This document shows positions 55,280 to 64,000 of a stretch of 64,000 bases of DNA, piece by piece. The stretch comes from Deltaproteobacteria bacterium (GTDB taxonomy: Bacteria > Myxococcota_A > Polyangia > Polyangiales > Houyiibacteriaceae). Below the pieces are notes generated by a model, which worked only from the letters and a program-made list of their open reading frames with translations, was not told the origin of the DNA and did not search any database. The DNA lies in contig JAXMNT010000013.1 in NCBI GenBank assembly GCA_034670305.1, forward strand, positions 1 through 64,000, read 5' to 3'. Each line of letters starts with the position of its first letter. Positions within the stretch are counted from its first letter, which is position 1. A program made the translations under genes and the position numbers.

Positions 55280-57207
55280 AGCGCGGGACAGTCGGTCGCC
55301 GACGAAGGCACGGTCGGGGTGCCGGTCGCCTGCAAGGTCTCGAGGAAGCAGCGGTACTGGGCTTTCGGGAGGTCGTTCTGGAACGCGACCTCGTGGCCAT
55401 CTTCGATTCCGTCTTCGAGGTGCTGGGTCACCACGCGGGTGACGGTGTCTTGGTTGCCGGCCGCCGGCAGCGACACCCGGTCGCCGAGGGAGTATGGGAG
55501 CACCGAATCCAGAGATCGAAACGCGTCGAGCCGCGCTTCGGCCGCGTCGAGCGATTCTCCGCCGAGGTCGAGGCCGAGCGAGACGCTGGTCGCGTTGGCC
55601 ATTGGCGGGAGAATGTAGGTGTCGACGATTCCTTGCAGCATCAGCACGTGCACGCCGTTGTCTCGAATCGCGTCGCCGAACACCGGCGGGTCCGCGGATT
55701 CCCCCGCCCATTGAAGCAACATCAAGGACGGGTCGTGTTCGTGCAGTTGGTGGCGGCCACTGATGCGCAGCAAGAGCTCCGCGATGGGCCGCACCGCGAG
55801 CGGGCTCTCCTTGTGCACGACGTTCGCGATCCAACTGCCGCCCGCACCGCTCAAGATCGCACCACGGAACTTCGGCTCCACCGCGAGCGCGAGCGGGGCG
55901 ATGGTGGCCCCCATCGAATGACCCATCAGCGTGAGGTTCGTGGTGTCGAACCGCGCCGCTTCTGCGCCGGACCCCTCGCACCCCGTCGCGTCGAGGACCA
56001 CATCGTCGAGCAGGTGCGCGGCGAGCACCAACTCGAGCGCGGACTGACGGATGTTGTCGAGCATCGCGGGCGGGTTGGTGAAGTTGAAGATGAGAAGCTG
56101 CTCGTCGGAACCGGCCGGGTTGCGGATGCCGCCGTGCGGTCCGTCGATGCTCGCGCCGGCCCAGCCGACGTCGGCGAACTCCCGCGCGGGACCGCTGCCC
56201 GCTTCCACTGGAACACCGGTCTCGTCGCGTACGCCACGGTCGATGAGCGGGCGATCGCCTCCGCCGCCGGTGCGGCTGAAGAGCACGACGGGGTACCCGC
56301 CGCCGGGCATGGCGGTTCGGGGGATCGTCACGAAGAAACGGGCCTGCTCTTCGCCCACGCGTTGCGGCACATCGTCGACGAACGCGATGCGGCCGCCCTC
56401 GGTGCTGAACGGTGGCTCGCCCGCTTGGTAGGTCGGCATCGCGACCGCACTCTCGTACACGCAGAAGTTCGAGTGGGTCTCGAGCAACTCGAACGACGCC
56501 ACCACAGGCCGCGGTTCTTCGAGCACCGCCGCCGCGAGCGCCCGCATGGGCGCGACCGGATCCTGGGTGCGAAACACCGTGAGCCCCGCGATGTCCGCGA
56601 TGCCGCGCGCTTCGAGCGTGGACAAGGCCGTCTCGAACATCGCACGCGCGTGTCCGGGCAGGCGCCCCGTGTCGCGCACGCTCGGGTGCACCGCCAAGGC
56701 ATGACCCTCGGCATCGAGGATGGAAGTGCGCAACACCGCCGCGTAGACCGCGTTCGGCGCGAGCGGACGTCCTTGGAGCGGCAGGATCGAGAGCAGGTTG
56801 TCTGCGCCGAACGGCCCGCCGTCCTCTCGGAACCGAACCTCGATCGGATGCGACGGGTCGGGCGCATCGATGCGGACCAACAAGACCGGCGCGTCTTCGG
56901 TCGACTCGTCGTAGGACTGCTCGACGTCCGGATGCAGGGGCGCGTCCGTGGTGAAGAAGATCGAAGAGGTCGTGCCGGCGCCGGTGGGCGCTTCGAGCAG
57001 GCCGAAGAGCGAGGTCATGAACCCTGCGCCGGTGGTCGGGAAGCCCACGACGGCGTGCGCGTCCCGGGCTTCGCTCGGGAGCGGGGCGGCGAAGAAGTCT
57101 TCGCCGACGAGATCGAACTCCATCCGAACCTGCGTGCCGGTCACGTCGTCACCGCACGAGACACCGAGCGCGGCGAGGATCAGAAGCACGGTGATCCTCG
57201 CGCGCAT
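55276..57207 (-). CDS. lipoprotein with N-terminal Ig-like region and alpha/beta hydrolase domain
   Basis: GVSC-GDD lipobox, FF.AP.PS, F.TQDP, MGHSMGA, G..D.Y, DGH. Confidence 0.8.
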   Translation of the reverse strand: MRARITVLLILAALGVSCGDDVTGTQVRMEFDLVGEDFFAAPLPSEARDAHAVVGFPTTGAGFMTSLFGLLEAPTGAGTTSSIFFTTDAPLHPDVEQSYDESTEDAPVLLVRIDAPDPSHPIEVRFREDGGPFGADNLLSILPLQGRPLAPNAVYAAVLRTSILDAEGHALAVHPSVRDTGRLPGHARAMFETALSTLEARGIADIAGLTVFRTQDPVAPMRALAAAVLEEPRPVVASFELLETHSNFCVYESAVAMPTYQAGEPPFSTEGGRIAFVDDVPQRVGEEQARFFVTIPRTAMPGGGYPVVLFSRTGGGGDRPLIDRGVRDETGVPVEAGSGPAREFADVGWAGASIDGPHGGIRNPAGSDEQLLIFNFTNPPAMLDNIRQSALELVLAAHLLDDVVLDATGCEGSGAEAARFDTTNLTLMGHSMGATIAPLALAVEPKFRGAILSGAGGSWIANVVHKESPLAVRPIAELLLRISGRHQLHEHDPSLMLLQWAGESADPPVFGDAIRDNGVHVLMLQGIVDTYILPPMANATSVSLGLDLGGESLDAAEARLDAFRSLDSVLPYSLGDRVSLPAAGNQDTVTRVVTQHLEDGIEDGHEVAFQNDLPKAQYRCFLETLQATGTPTVPSSATDCPAL

Positions 57208-57223
57208 GCGACGAGCGTGCACC

Positions 57224-57883
57224 CTACGAAGCCGCCCACGCAACCGACGCGCCCGCCCAGACGAACATCGCGAACGCGCGGTACAGAAGTCGCCGAACCG
57301 CCCGGCGTCCATCGAGCTTCAGGGGACCCTGCGCCAGGCCCACGGCTCGACCGGTTCGGTAGGGGCCGTCGGCTTGTTCTGGGATCGACACCCCACGCAG
57401 CGTAAGGGGGTCCCCGACCGCGCATCCGGTCGGCAACTCCGAGAGCGGAAAGGATCGGTCGTGGGTCGCGAGGACGAGCGCCCCCTCGCGCTCCACGATG
57501 TAGCCGGTGCTCCACCCGGAGAGGCGATGGGCCAGTAGCACGTGGACCAGCGCCCCCACCGCCGCCGCGATGGCGCCGACCCAGATCACGCCGCGGGCGC
57601 CGTGCCAGTCAAAGAACCAAGCCACGGGGAACGCCGCCCAAAAGAACCACACCGGACGGTACGTCAGCGCGACCAGACCGGACGCGGCGGTCACCAACCG
57701 GTAGAGCAGGAACAGCGCGACGAGCGCGAGCGGCGAGGCCACATAGCCGAGGCGCGCGACGATGAGCCAGGCGGCGGCGCCGATGGGCCAGAGTCCGAGG
57801 AAGTCGATCGCGAGAAGCAGCCGCCCGAGCTCGGTCTTGAGTTCCCGTCCCACGTCCACAGGGTGCCCAGCTGCACGCGACAT
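57224..57883 (-). CDS. hypothetical membrane protein
   Basis: Several hydrophobic helices and a GPYR motif; start uncertain. Confidence 0.55.
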   Translation of the reverse strand: MSRAAGHPVDVGRELKTELGRLLLAIDFLGLWPIGAAAWLIVARLGYVASPLALVALFLLYRLVTAASGLVALTYRPVWFFWAAFPVAWFFDWHGARGVIWVGAIAAAVGALVHVLLAHRLSGWSTGYIVEREGALVLATHDRSFPLSELPTGCAVGDPLTLRGVSIPEQADGPYRTGRAVGLAQGPLKLDGRRAVRRLLYRAFAMFVWAGASVAWAAS

Positions 57884-57953
57884 GGCCACAGAGAAGCGCG
57901 GCGAGGGAATGGTGGGGTCTCGGTGGGGCGTACATTGGGTCGATGAGGTCCCG

Positions 57954-58544
57954 ATGAACCGAGTGGTCGACGTGGTCTTCGGGCTGGGCGGCAGCGCCGC
58001 GTTCGCACCGGCCCAGGCGGTGATCGCGGCGCTCCTCGTGTTGGAGGACGGCGGGCCGGTGCTCTTCACCCAAGAGCGGGTGGGCCAGGGCCGGGTGCCC
58101 TTTCGGATCTACAAACTCCGCACCATGCGCGACGGGCAGGTCACGCGTGTGGGGCGCTGGCTCCGCAGCACTGGCATCGACGAGACGCTCCAGTTCTGGA
58201 ACGTGCTCCGAGGAGAGATGAGCTTCGTCGGCCCGCGGCCCCTCACCGAACCCGACATCGTGCGACTCGGCTACGACGTCGCCGGCAAGGATCAACGCTT
58301 CTCGGTGAAACCGGGAATCACTGGCCTGGCGCAGGTGGTTGGAGGTCGCAGTGCCCGCCACACCCGAGCCCTCGACGCGCTGTACGCGAGGCGCGCCTCC
58401 CTCCGACTCGACGTCGAGCTCGTGGCCATCTCCTTCGCGATGAACCTATTCGGCAAGAAGCGCGTGCGGGGATGGTTGTTCGAGCGAAGCGCTCGACCCG
58501 CACCTTCTGTTGCAACCGGGGCCGCTGCGGCCTCCACGAGATGA
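57954..58544 (+). CDS. bacterial sugar transferase (small monotopic phosphoglycosyl transferase)
   Basis: GPV.F.QERVG, KLRTM, IDE..Q.WNVL.GEMS.VGPRP, KPGITGLAQV. Confidence 0.92.
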   Translation: MNRVVDVVFGLGGSAAFAPAQAVIAALLVLEDGGPVLFTQERVGQGRVPFRIYKLRTMRDGQVTRVGRWLRSTGIDETLQFWNVLRGEMSFVGPRPLTEPDIVRLGYDVAGKDQRFSVKPGITGLAQVVGGRSARHTRALDALYARRASLRLDVELVAISFAMNLFGKKRVRGWLFERSARPAPSVATGAAAASTR

Positions 58545-60100
58545 CGATGATCGACTTCGACGCCCCATTCCGGGATCCGATCCGTACCCGCACCCTGCCC
58601 GCCGCGATGCGGGTACCCCCCGAGCTGCCCGCACTGCGCGGCGCACCTGTGCCTCGGAGCGCGTGGCTGATCAACCCGTTCTATCCCAAGGACCCCCACG
58701 CCAGTTTCGGCAAACATGTTCTGACGCCGACCCTCGCGTTGACGAGCGTCGCGGCCGCGACACCGGCGGACTGGGCCGTGCGGTATTGGGACGAGAACCT
58801 GCTGCTCGGGCAGCTCGAAGGCGAGACCCCGGCCGTGGTCGGGATCACCGTGCACCTCACGTTCGCGCGGCGTGCGTTCGAGCTCGCCGACCACTTCCGC
58901 GCGGCCGGCAGCAAGGTCGTGCTCGGTGGACTGCACGTGCTCTCGTGTCCGGACGAGTGTGCGCCGCACGCGGACGCGCTGGTGGTGGGCGAAGGCGTCG
59001 CGGTCTGGCCCACCGTGCTCGCCGACATGGAGGCGGGCGTGCTGAAGCCTCGATACCACGCGGACTTCGACGGCGCGTACCGCGAAGACCCCGCACCGCG
59101 GCGCGACCTCCTTCCGCGGAGGAGCTTTCTGACCACGACGAGCCTCAACGCGACCCGCGGTTGCCACAACCGGTGCGGGTTCTGCTACCTCGCCACCGAC
59201 GGATTGCGCATGCCCTACCGCATGCGCGACCCGCAGCAGATCGCGGCGGAGATCGAAGCGGACGGACAGCCCTACGTCGTCTTCACGGACAACAACCTCG
59301 GGTCGTCCAAGCGCTACCTCCATGCACTCTGCAAAGCGATCGAACCGCTCGACATCATCTGGAGCGCCGCGGTCACGATCGACGTGACCGATGATCCCGC
59401 GCTCGTGCTCGCCATGGCGCGGAGCGGATGCAGTGGGGTGTTCATCGGGTTCGAGTCGTTGACGGATGAGAACCTCGAAGACGCGCGCAAGAAGACGCCG
59501 CGGGTGGACGACTACGCGCGGCGCATCGCGCTCTTGCACGACCACGGCATCCAAGTGAACGGCAGCTTCGTGCTCGGCTTCGACCACGACCGCAAAGACG
59601 CGTTCGCCCGGCTCGCGGACTTCGTCGAGTCGCAGCGCATGGAGTGCGCGACCTACCACATCCTGACGCCCTACCCGGGCACGCCGCTCTTCCGCGAGAT
59701 GGCATCCGAAGGGCGGCTTCTCCACCGAGACTGGGAGAAGTACGACACCGCCCACGTCGTCTTTCGACCGAAACACATGACAGCCGAAGAGCTCGCCCGC
59801 GGGTACGCCTGGCTCTACCAGCGCACGTTCAGCAACGCCTCGATCTGGGCCCGCCGCCCGGACGACCTGCGCGCGCTCCCGCCCTACCTCGCGATGGCCT
59901 ACCTCTACAAACGCTCCAACCCGCTGTGGCAGATGCTCATCCAAAAGCGGCTCACCCAGTGGGCCTGGCGCCCGCTCGTAGAACTCACCCGCCTCCGCCA
60001 CCTCCGCTTCCGCCGCACCCTGCCGGACGCCCACGCGCCAGAAGCCGGCGCCAAGGCCGTGGCCAAGACCTCCCGCCTCCCAATCTACGCAAGCGTGTAG
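58541..60100 (+). CDS. B12-binding-domain radical SAM protein
   Basis: DEN, VVLGGLH...P.E, GEG, TRGCHNRCGFC (CxxxCxxC), F.D.N, IGFES, G.D.D, TPYPGTPL; ATGA overlap. Confidence 0.92.
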   Translation: MTMIDFDAPFRDPIRTRTLPAAMRVPPELPALRGAPVPRSAWLINPFYPKDPHASFGKHVLTPTLALTSVAAATPADWAVRYWDENLLLGQLEGETPAVVGITVHLTFARRAFELADHFRAAGSKVVLGGLHVLSCPDECAPHADALVVGEGVAVWPTVLADMEAGVLKPRYHADFDGAYREDPAPRRDLLPRRSFLTTTSLNATRGCHNRCGFCYLATDGLRMPYRMRDPQQIAAEIEADGQPYVVFTDNNLGSSKRYLHALCKAIEPLDIIWSAAVTIDVTDDPALVLAMARSGCSGVFIGFESLTDENLEDARKKTPRVDDYARRIALLHDHGIQVNGSFVLGFDHDRKDAFARLADFVESQRMECATYHILTPYPGTPLFREMASEGRLLHRDWEKYDTAHVVFRPKHMTAEELARGYAWLYQRTFSNASIWARRPDDLRALPPYLAMAYLYKRSNPLWQMLIQKRLTQWAWRPLVELTRLRHLRFRRTLPDAHAPEAGAKAVAKTSRLPIYASV

Positions 60101-60248
60101 CGGCGGAAGCGGAATCGGAAGCGGAAGCAGGATTCGGATTCGGATTCGGATTCGGATTCGGATTCGGCTTCGGATTCGGCTTCGGCTTCGGCTCTGGCGT
60201 CGGTTTCGGATCCGCGGGCAAGGGCAGGGGCAAGGGCAAGGGCAAGGG
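60101..60248. repeat. compound hexamer microsatellite (GGAAGC / GGATTC / GGCTTC / GGGCAA)
   Basis: Direct reading of the intergenic sequence after the rSAM stop. Confidence 0.92.
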
Positions 60249-60284
60249 ACCGTATGAATTCTGCTGGCTCTTCTTCGGCCCTCC

Positions 60285-60320
60285 CTACCATCTGGTAGAC
60301 AAACGGCGACCGTGCGGTAG
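60285..60320. promoter_or_regulatory. tandem CnACC-N4-GGTAG inverted repeats, probable TetR operators
   Basis: ctaccatctggtag (60285-60298) and cgaccgtgcggtag (60307-60320), just upstream of the TetR ATG. Confidence 0.6.
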
Positions 60321-60332
60321 GGTGCTCCGCAC

Positions 60333-61031
60333 ATGGACGTACGGACCACGATCCTCGACGAAGCCACCCGCCTCTTCGCCGCCCACGGCTTCGACGGCAC
60401 CTCCATCCAATCGATCGCAGACGCGGTGGGGGTGCGGAAGCCCAGCCTGCTCTACCACTTCCCATCCAAGGTCGATCTCCGCGAGTCGGTCCTGGAACGG
60501 CTCCTCTCGCACTGGAACGAGAGGTTGCCGGAGCTGCTGCTGGCCGCCGCCACCCCAACAGCGCCGGGCGCCCAGACGCCGCGCGACGGCCGGTTTGATC
60601 GCGTGCTCGACGCGCTGACCTCCTTCTTCCTCGAAGACCCCAACCGGGCACGGCTGCTCGTGCGCGAAGCGCTCGACCGACCGGACGAACTGCGAACGCT
60701 CTTGGTGAAGTACGTCAAACCTTGGATCGGCGTGGTCGCGGACCAACTCGCCACCGCGCGGGCCCAAGGGTTCGTACACGAAGACACGGACGTCGAAGCC
60801 TACGCATTGCACGTGACCCACATGGTCGTCGGCGGCGTCGCGGTGTTCGACACCCTCGGCGCGGTTCTGCCTGGCCGCGCCAGCGAACGCAGCGAGCGAC
60901 TCCGCGCGGAGCTGGTTCGGCTCGCGAAAGCCGGGCTCTTCCGCCGCGGCCAAACGGAGCGCCCCCCACCCCCATCCAAAGACGCTGCGGCCCGCACGCG
61001 CCACACGACTGCCGAGCCCAGCTCGAAGTGA
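60333..61031 (+). CDS. TetR-family transcriptional regulator
   Basis: IL..A..LFA..GF.GTS...IA..VGVRKPSL.YHF.SK. Confidence 0.95.
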   Translation: MDVRTTILDEATRLFAAHGFDGTSIQSIADAVGVRKPSLLYHFPSKVDLRESVLERLLSHWNERLPELLLAAATPTAPGAQTPRDGRFDRVLDALTSFFLEDPNRARLLVREALDRPDELRTLLVKYVKPWIGVVADQLATARAQGFVHEDTDVEAYALHVTHMVVGGVAVFDTLGAVLPGRASERSERLRAELVRLAKAGLFRRGQTERPPPPSKDAAARTRHTTAEPSSK

Positions 61032-61038
61032 GGACCCG

Positions 61039-62964
61039 ATGAGTACCAACTACTACAAAGACAACGAAGACCTCCGCTGGTACGTCGAACACGGCGTGGA
61101 GTGGGGTCCGCTGGTCGAGTTGACCGAACGTCGTTTCGTCGACCCGGACGGTCCCCAGTCCGTGGCCGAAGCGCTCGAGTCCTACCGAGACATCTTGGGC
61201 ATGGTCGGCGAGTTCGTCGCACAGCAGATCGCGCCGCACGTCGCAGCCATCGACGAGAAGAAGGTGCACTTGGTCGACGGAGAGGTCGTCGCACCTCCCG
61301 AGATGGACCGCATCTTCCAACAGATCGCCGAGCTCGGTCTTCACGGCCTGAGCGTGCCGCGCGAACTCGGGGGCATGAACGTGCCGCTGCTCGTCTACTT
61401 CATGAACAGCGAGGTCATGGGGCGCGCGGACGTGTCCGTCATGGCGCACCACGGGTTCCACGGCGGCATGGCGATGGCGGCGCTTGTCTTCTCGCTGCGC
61501 GAAGGCACCACCACGATCGATCCCGAGACCGGCCGGGTCACCGAGACCAAGTTCGCAGACGCCATCGCCGAGATCATCGAAGGCAAGGCGTGGGGCTGCA
61601 TGGACATCACCGAACCCGACGCCGGGTCCGACATGGCCGCGCTCCGGAGCCGCGGCGTGCAAGACGAAGACGGCCAGTGGTTCGTGACCGGCGAGAAGAT
61701 CTTCATCACCTCGGGACACGGCAAGTACCACTTCGTGATCGCGCGCACGGAAGACGTCGCCGACCCCAGCGATCCGATGTCGGGCCTGAAAGGCCTGAGC
61801 TTCTTCCTGGTGCCCACGTACGAAGACCTTCCGGACGGTTCGCGCCGCCGCATCGTCGAGATCACCCGGCTCGAAGAGAAGCTCGGACACAACGGGAGCG
61901 CGACCGCCGCGCTGCTCTTCGAACGCGCGCCGGCGGTGCTGCTCGGAGAACGCGGTCAGGGGTTCCAGCAGATGTTGATGCTGATGAACAACGCGCGCAT
62001 CGGCGTCGGCTTCGAATGCCTCGGCCTGTGCGAAGCCGCTTGGCGGAAGGCCCGCGACTACGCCGCCGAGCGCCGCTCGATGGGCAAGACGATCGACCGG
62101 CACGAACTCATCGCGGACATGCTCGACGAGATGGAAGCCGACATCGTCGCGATCCGTGCGATGGCGGTGGAGGCGGCCTACCACGAAGAGCTGTCGCAAA
62201 AGCTGCAGCTCGCGCTCGATCACTATGGGCATCTGAGCGAGAGCGAACGCGAAGAGGCCAAGCGCGAGATTCGGTGGCGGAAGAAGAAGGTGCGACGCAT
62301 CACACCGCTGCTCAAAGGCTTCGCGTCGGAGAAGGCCGTGGAGATGGCCCGGCGTTGCGTGCAGATCCACGGCGGCAACGGCTACATGAAAGAGTTCGGC
62401 GCCGAAAAGCTGCTGCGCGACGCGATGGTCATGCCCATCTACGAGGGCACGACGCAGATCCAGGGTCTGATGGCGATGAAGGACACGCTCACCGGCATCC
62501 TGAAGAACCCTCGGCGGTTCGCGCAGAAGAGCGCGCAGGCCCGATGGCGGAGTGTGCGATCGCGGGACCCACTCGAGCGGCGGGTCGCGAAGCTTCAGTC
62601 GCTCGCCTTCGGAGTACAGCGCGCGCTCTTGCTGCGCACCGCCGGCGACAAAGCGCGCGGGCTCGCAGGGCAGCCGATCTCGGAATGGCCGGACCGCTTC
62701 CTCAAGAACTGGGATCCGAAACGCGACTTCGCGTTCGCCATGCTCCACTCGACGCGGCTCGCGGAGCTGCTCACCTACGTGCTCACCTCCGAGCTCTTGC
62801 TCGAGCAGTCGACGAAACATCCGGAGCGGCGCGCGTTGCTCGAGCGGCACCTGGAACGGGCGGAGCTTCGTTGCCACGCGCTCGAGTTCGAGATCACCTC
62901 GAGCGGCGACCGGCTCCTCGAGAAACTCGAGTCGTCCAGCGCTGGGGCTGAAGCCGCCGAGTAG
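61039..62964 (+). CDS. acyl-CoA dehydrogenase
   Basis: TEPDAGSD, G.KIFITSG, EEKLG..GS.T, MNNARIGV, QIHGGNGY, IYEGTTQIQ. Confidence 0.95.
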   Translation: MSTNYYKDNEDLRWYVEHGVEWGPLVELTERRFVDPDGPQSVAEALESYRDILGMVGEFVAQQIAPHVAAIDEKKVHLVDGEVVAPPEMDRIFQQIAELGLHGLSVPRELGGMNVPLLVYFMNSEVMGRADVSVMAHHGFHGGMAMAALVFSLREGTTTIDPETGRVTETKFADAIAEIIEGKAWGCMDITEPDAGSDMAALRSRGVQDEDGQWFVTGEKIFITSGHGKYHFVIARTEDVADPSDPMSGLKGLSFFLVPTYEDLPDGSRRRIVEITRLEEKLGHNGSATAALLFERAPAVLLGERGQGFQQMLMLMNNARIGVGFECLGLCEAAWRKARDYAAERRSMGKTIDRHELIADMLDEMEADIVAIRAMAVEAAYHEELSQKLQLALDHYGHLSESEREEAKREIRWRKKKVRRITPLLKGFASEKAVEMARRCVQIHGGNGYMKEFGAEKLLRDAMVMPIYEGTTQIQGLMAMKDTLTGILKNPRRFAQKSAQARWRSVRSRDPLERRVAKLQSLAFGVQRALLLRTAGDKARGLAGQPISEWPDRFLKNWDPKRDFAFAMLHSTRLAELLTYVLTSELLLEQSTKHPERRALLERHLERAELRCHALEFEITSSGDRLLEKLESSSAGAEAAE

Positions 62965-62969
62965 AAACA

Positions 62970-63000
62970 CAAGAGCCCCCGCCATGGGCGGAGGCTCTTG
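62970..63000. terminator. hairpin between convergent genes, probable terminator
   Basis: caagagcc-cccgcc-atg-ggcgg-a-ggctcttg. Confidence 0.6.
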
Positions 63001-63018
63001 GAAGTGCGCAAGCGGGTG

Positions 63019-63690
63019 CTACTCGAAGACGTCGAGTTCCGCGACCGAAGCTTCGGCGGCCACACTCGGCACATCGACGAGTCGGAGCTGCTGAAGCATC
63101 GTGTTCAGATGGGCTTCTCCCCGGGTGGACCACACCTGGTAGACGCACTGCTGTCCACGAATCGCGATCGTCGCGGCGGCCACGCCTTCTTCTTCGCCCG
63201 CGAGATCCGCGGCGCTGCCATCGGCGAACGCCGGGCGGATCTCTTCGATCATCTCGTCGATGCCCATGGAGGTGCCAGCGATGCCAAACGTCGAGGGCTC
63301 CCCGTCCACGTCGAACTCGAACACCCAGCCACCATCGAGCGCGCTGCCGCGCACGGAGGATCCCTCCGTCGCATCGGGCGCGAGCGGCGCGCACCAGTCG
63401 CGGTTCTCCGCCCCACTCCACGTAGAGAGGAGGGTTCCCGGCACGCGGTTGGCCGCGAGCCGTGCGCCACTCCAGGGAGCGGCCGGAAGGTCCGCCAGTT
63501 CACTGGCGCTGAAGGCGGGCAACTCGGCATCGGGTGCTTCCCGCAGCGCCGGCGCCGGCGTCATCTCGAGTGCGGCCACCGATCCGCCGGTCGAGGTCTC
63601 CACTGCCGCGACGTCGCTCGTCGTGGCACCGGTCGAACATCCCACCATCGCGAACACGATCGCGAGCCCGTACATCTTCGTCTGTTTCAT
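63019..63690 (-). CDS. hypothetical lipoprotein
   Basis: MVGC lipobox; W..AENR..CAP and C.Y.VWS..GE.HL. Confidence 0.75.
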   Translation of the reverse strand: MKQTKMYGLAIVFAMVGCSTGATTSDVAAVETSTGGSVAALEMTPAPALREAPDAELPAFSASELADLPAAPWSGARLAANRVPGTLLSTWSGAENRDWCAPLAPDATEGSSVRGSALDGGWVFEFDVDGEPSTFGIAGTSMGIDEMIEEIRPAFADGSAADLAGEEEGVAAATIAIRGQQCVYQVWSTRGEAHLNTMLQQLRLVDVPSVAAEASVAELDVFE

Positions 63691-63864
63691 CTCTTCACCC
63701 TCCGGAACGCGCAGCTGTGCGCTGCGCCAAACACGCTGTGTGCCCAGGAGGACTCGCCCGTCCGCCCAGATCCCCCAGGTAGCCCGGCCGCGATCGCGCG
63801 GTCAAAAAAGTGCGCGGTTCCCAGGCCGCTTGCCGAGCACCGGTCCACGCGACATCACAGCGGG

Positions 63865-64000
63865 GTGAAGATTCAAAAGGCACTGGTCACCGGAGCGAGT
63901 GGATTCATCGGCGGACGGCTGCGCGATGCCCTGCTCGCGGACGGTGTCGACGTGGTGGCGATCCGCCGCGGCGGCTCTCCTGCGAGCTCCAAGGGGCGCT
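63865..64000 (+). CDS. NAD-dependent epimerase/dehydratase, 5' fragment (runs off the window)
   Basis: GTG start, ALVTGASGFIGGRL...L...G.DV.A..R. Confidence 0.85.
   Translation, partial: MKIQKALVTGASGFIGGRLRDALLADGVDVVAIRRGGSPASSKGR

Noticed and set aside
57884-58541. Cobalamin riboswitch ahead of the B12-domain radical SAM gene
   Set aside because: The gene overlaps its upstream neighbour, the remaining intergenic gap is about 70 bp, and no B12-box is visible.
59985-60651. PN/ES/GF-repeat ORFs
   Set aside because: Translations of the intergenic hexamer array.
159-63883. Numerous long overlapping ORFs in the six-frame track (e.g. 187-2205 -, 7196-9877 +, 35475-38816 +, 46162-49263 -, 60715-62985 -)
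   Set aside because: Shadow or antisense frames of high-GC genes. They are Arg/Pro/Ala-rich, lack family motifs and overlap well-supported CDSs.
1-64000. Prophage, IS element, genomic island, tRNA or rRNA
   Set aside because: No integrase, transposase, phage structural or RNA-gene signatures were recognised, and base composition looks uniform by eye.

Overview
High-GC (~70%) bacterial chromosomal segment. Its gene content resembles Myxococcota, probably Polyangiales/Sandaracinaceae: many Cys-rich 'ACGDDD' lipoproteins, DAG-repeat linkers and a Hanks kinase. That placement is an inference. About 55 densely packed genes are present, with no rRNA, tRNA, transposase, integrase or cas gene. Lipid metabolism dominates (WS/DGAT, two FadL-like barrels, FATP-type acyl-CoA synthetase, PaaI, acyl-CoA dehydrogenase, PlsC, PhyH, lipases), alongside large surface lipoproteins and regulators. 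Best candidates for new biology: (1) an orphan, divergent EF-Tu with substitutions at known pulvomycin and kirromycin resistance positions, preceded by a putative leader-peptide attenuator; (2) a caspase/CHAT-like protease fused to a YbjN/CesT-like domain, next to a stand-alone homologue of that domain; (3) a thioredoxin / Cys-tailed beta-barrel / thioredoxin operon; (4) a ferritin-like diiron enzyme convergent with a small Cys/Pro-tailed secreted peptide; (5) a BpsA-like branched-polyamine synthase. Several VNTRs, hexamer microsatellites, TetR operators and a structured intergenic element are also visible. All family calls come from motif recognition by eye, not from database searches.
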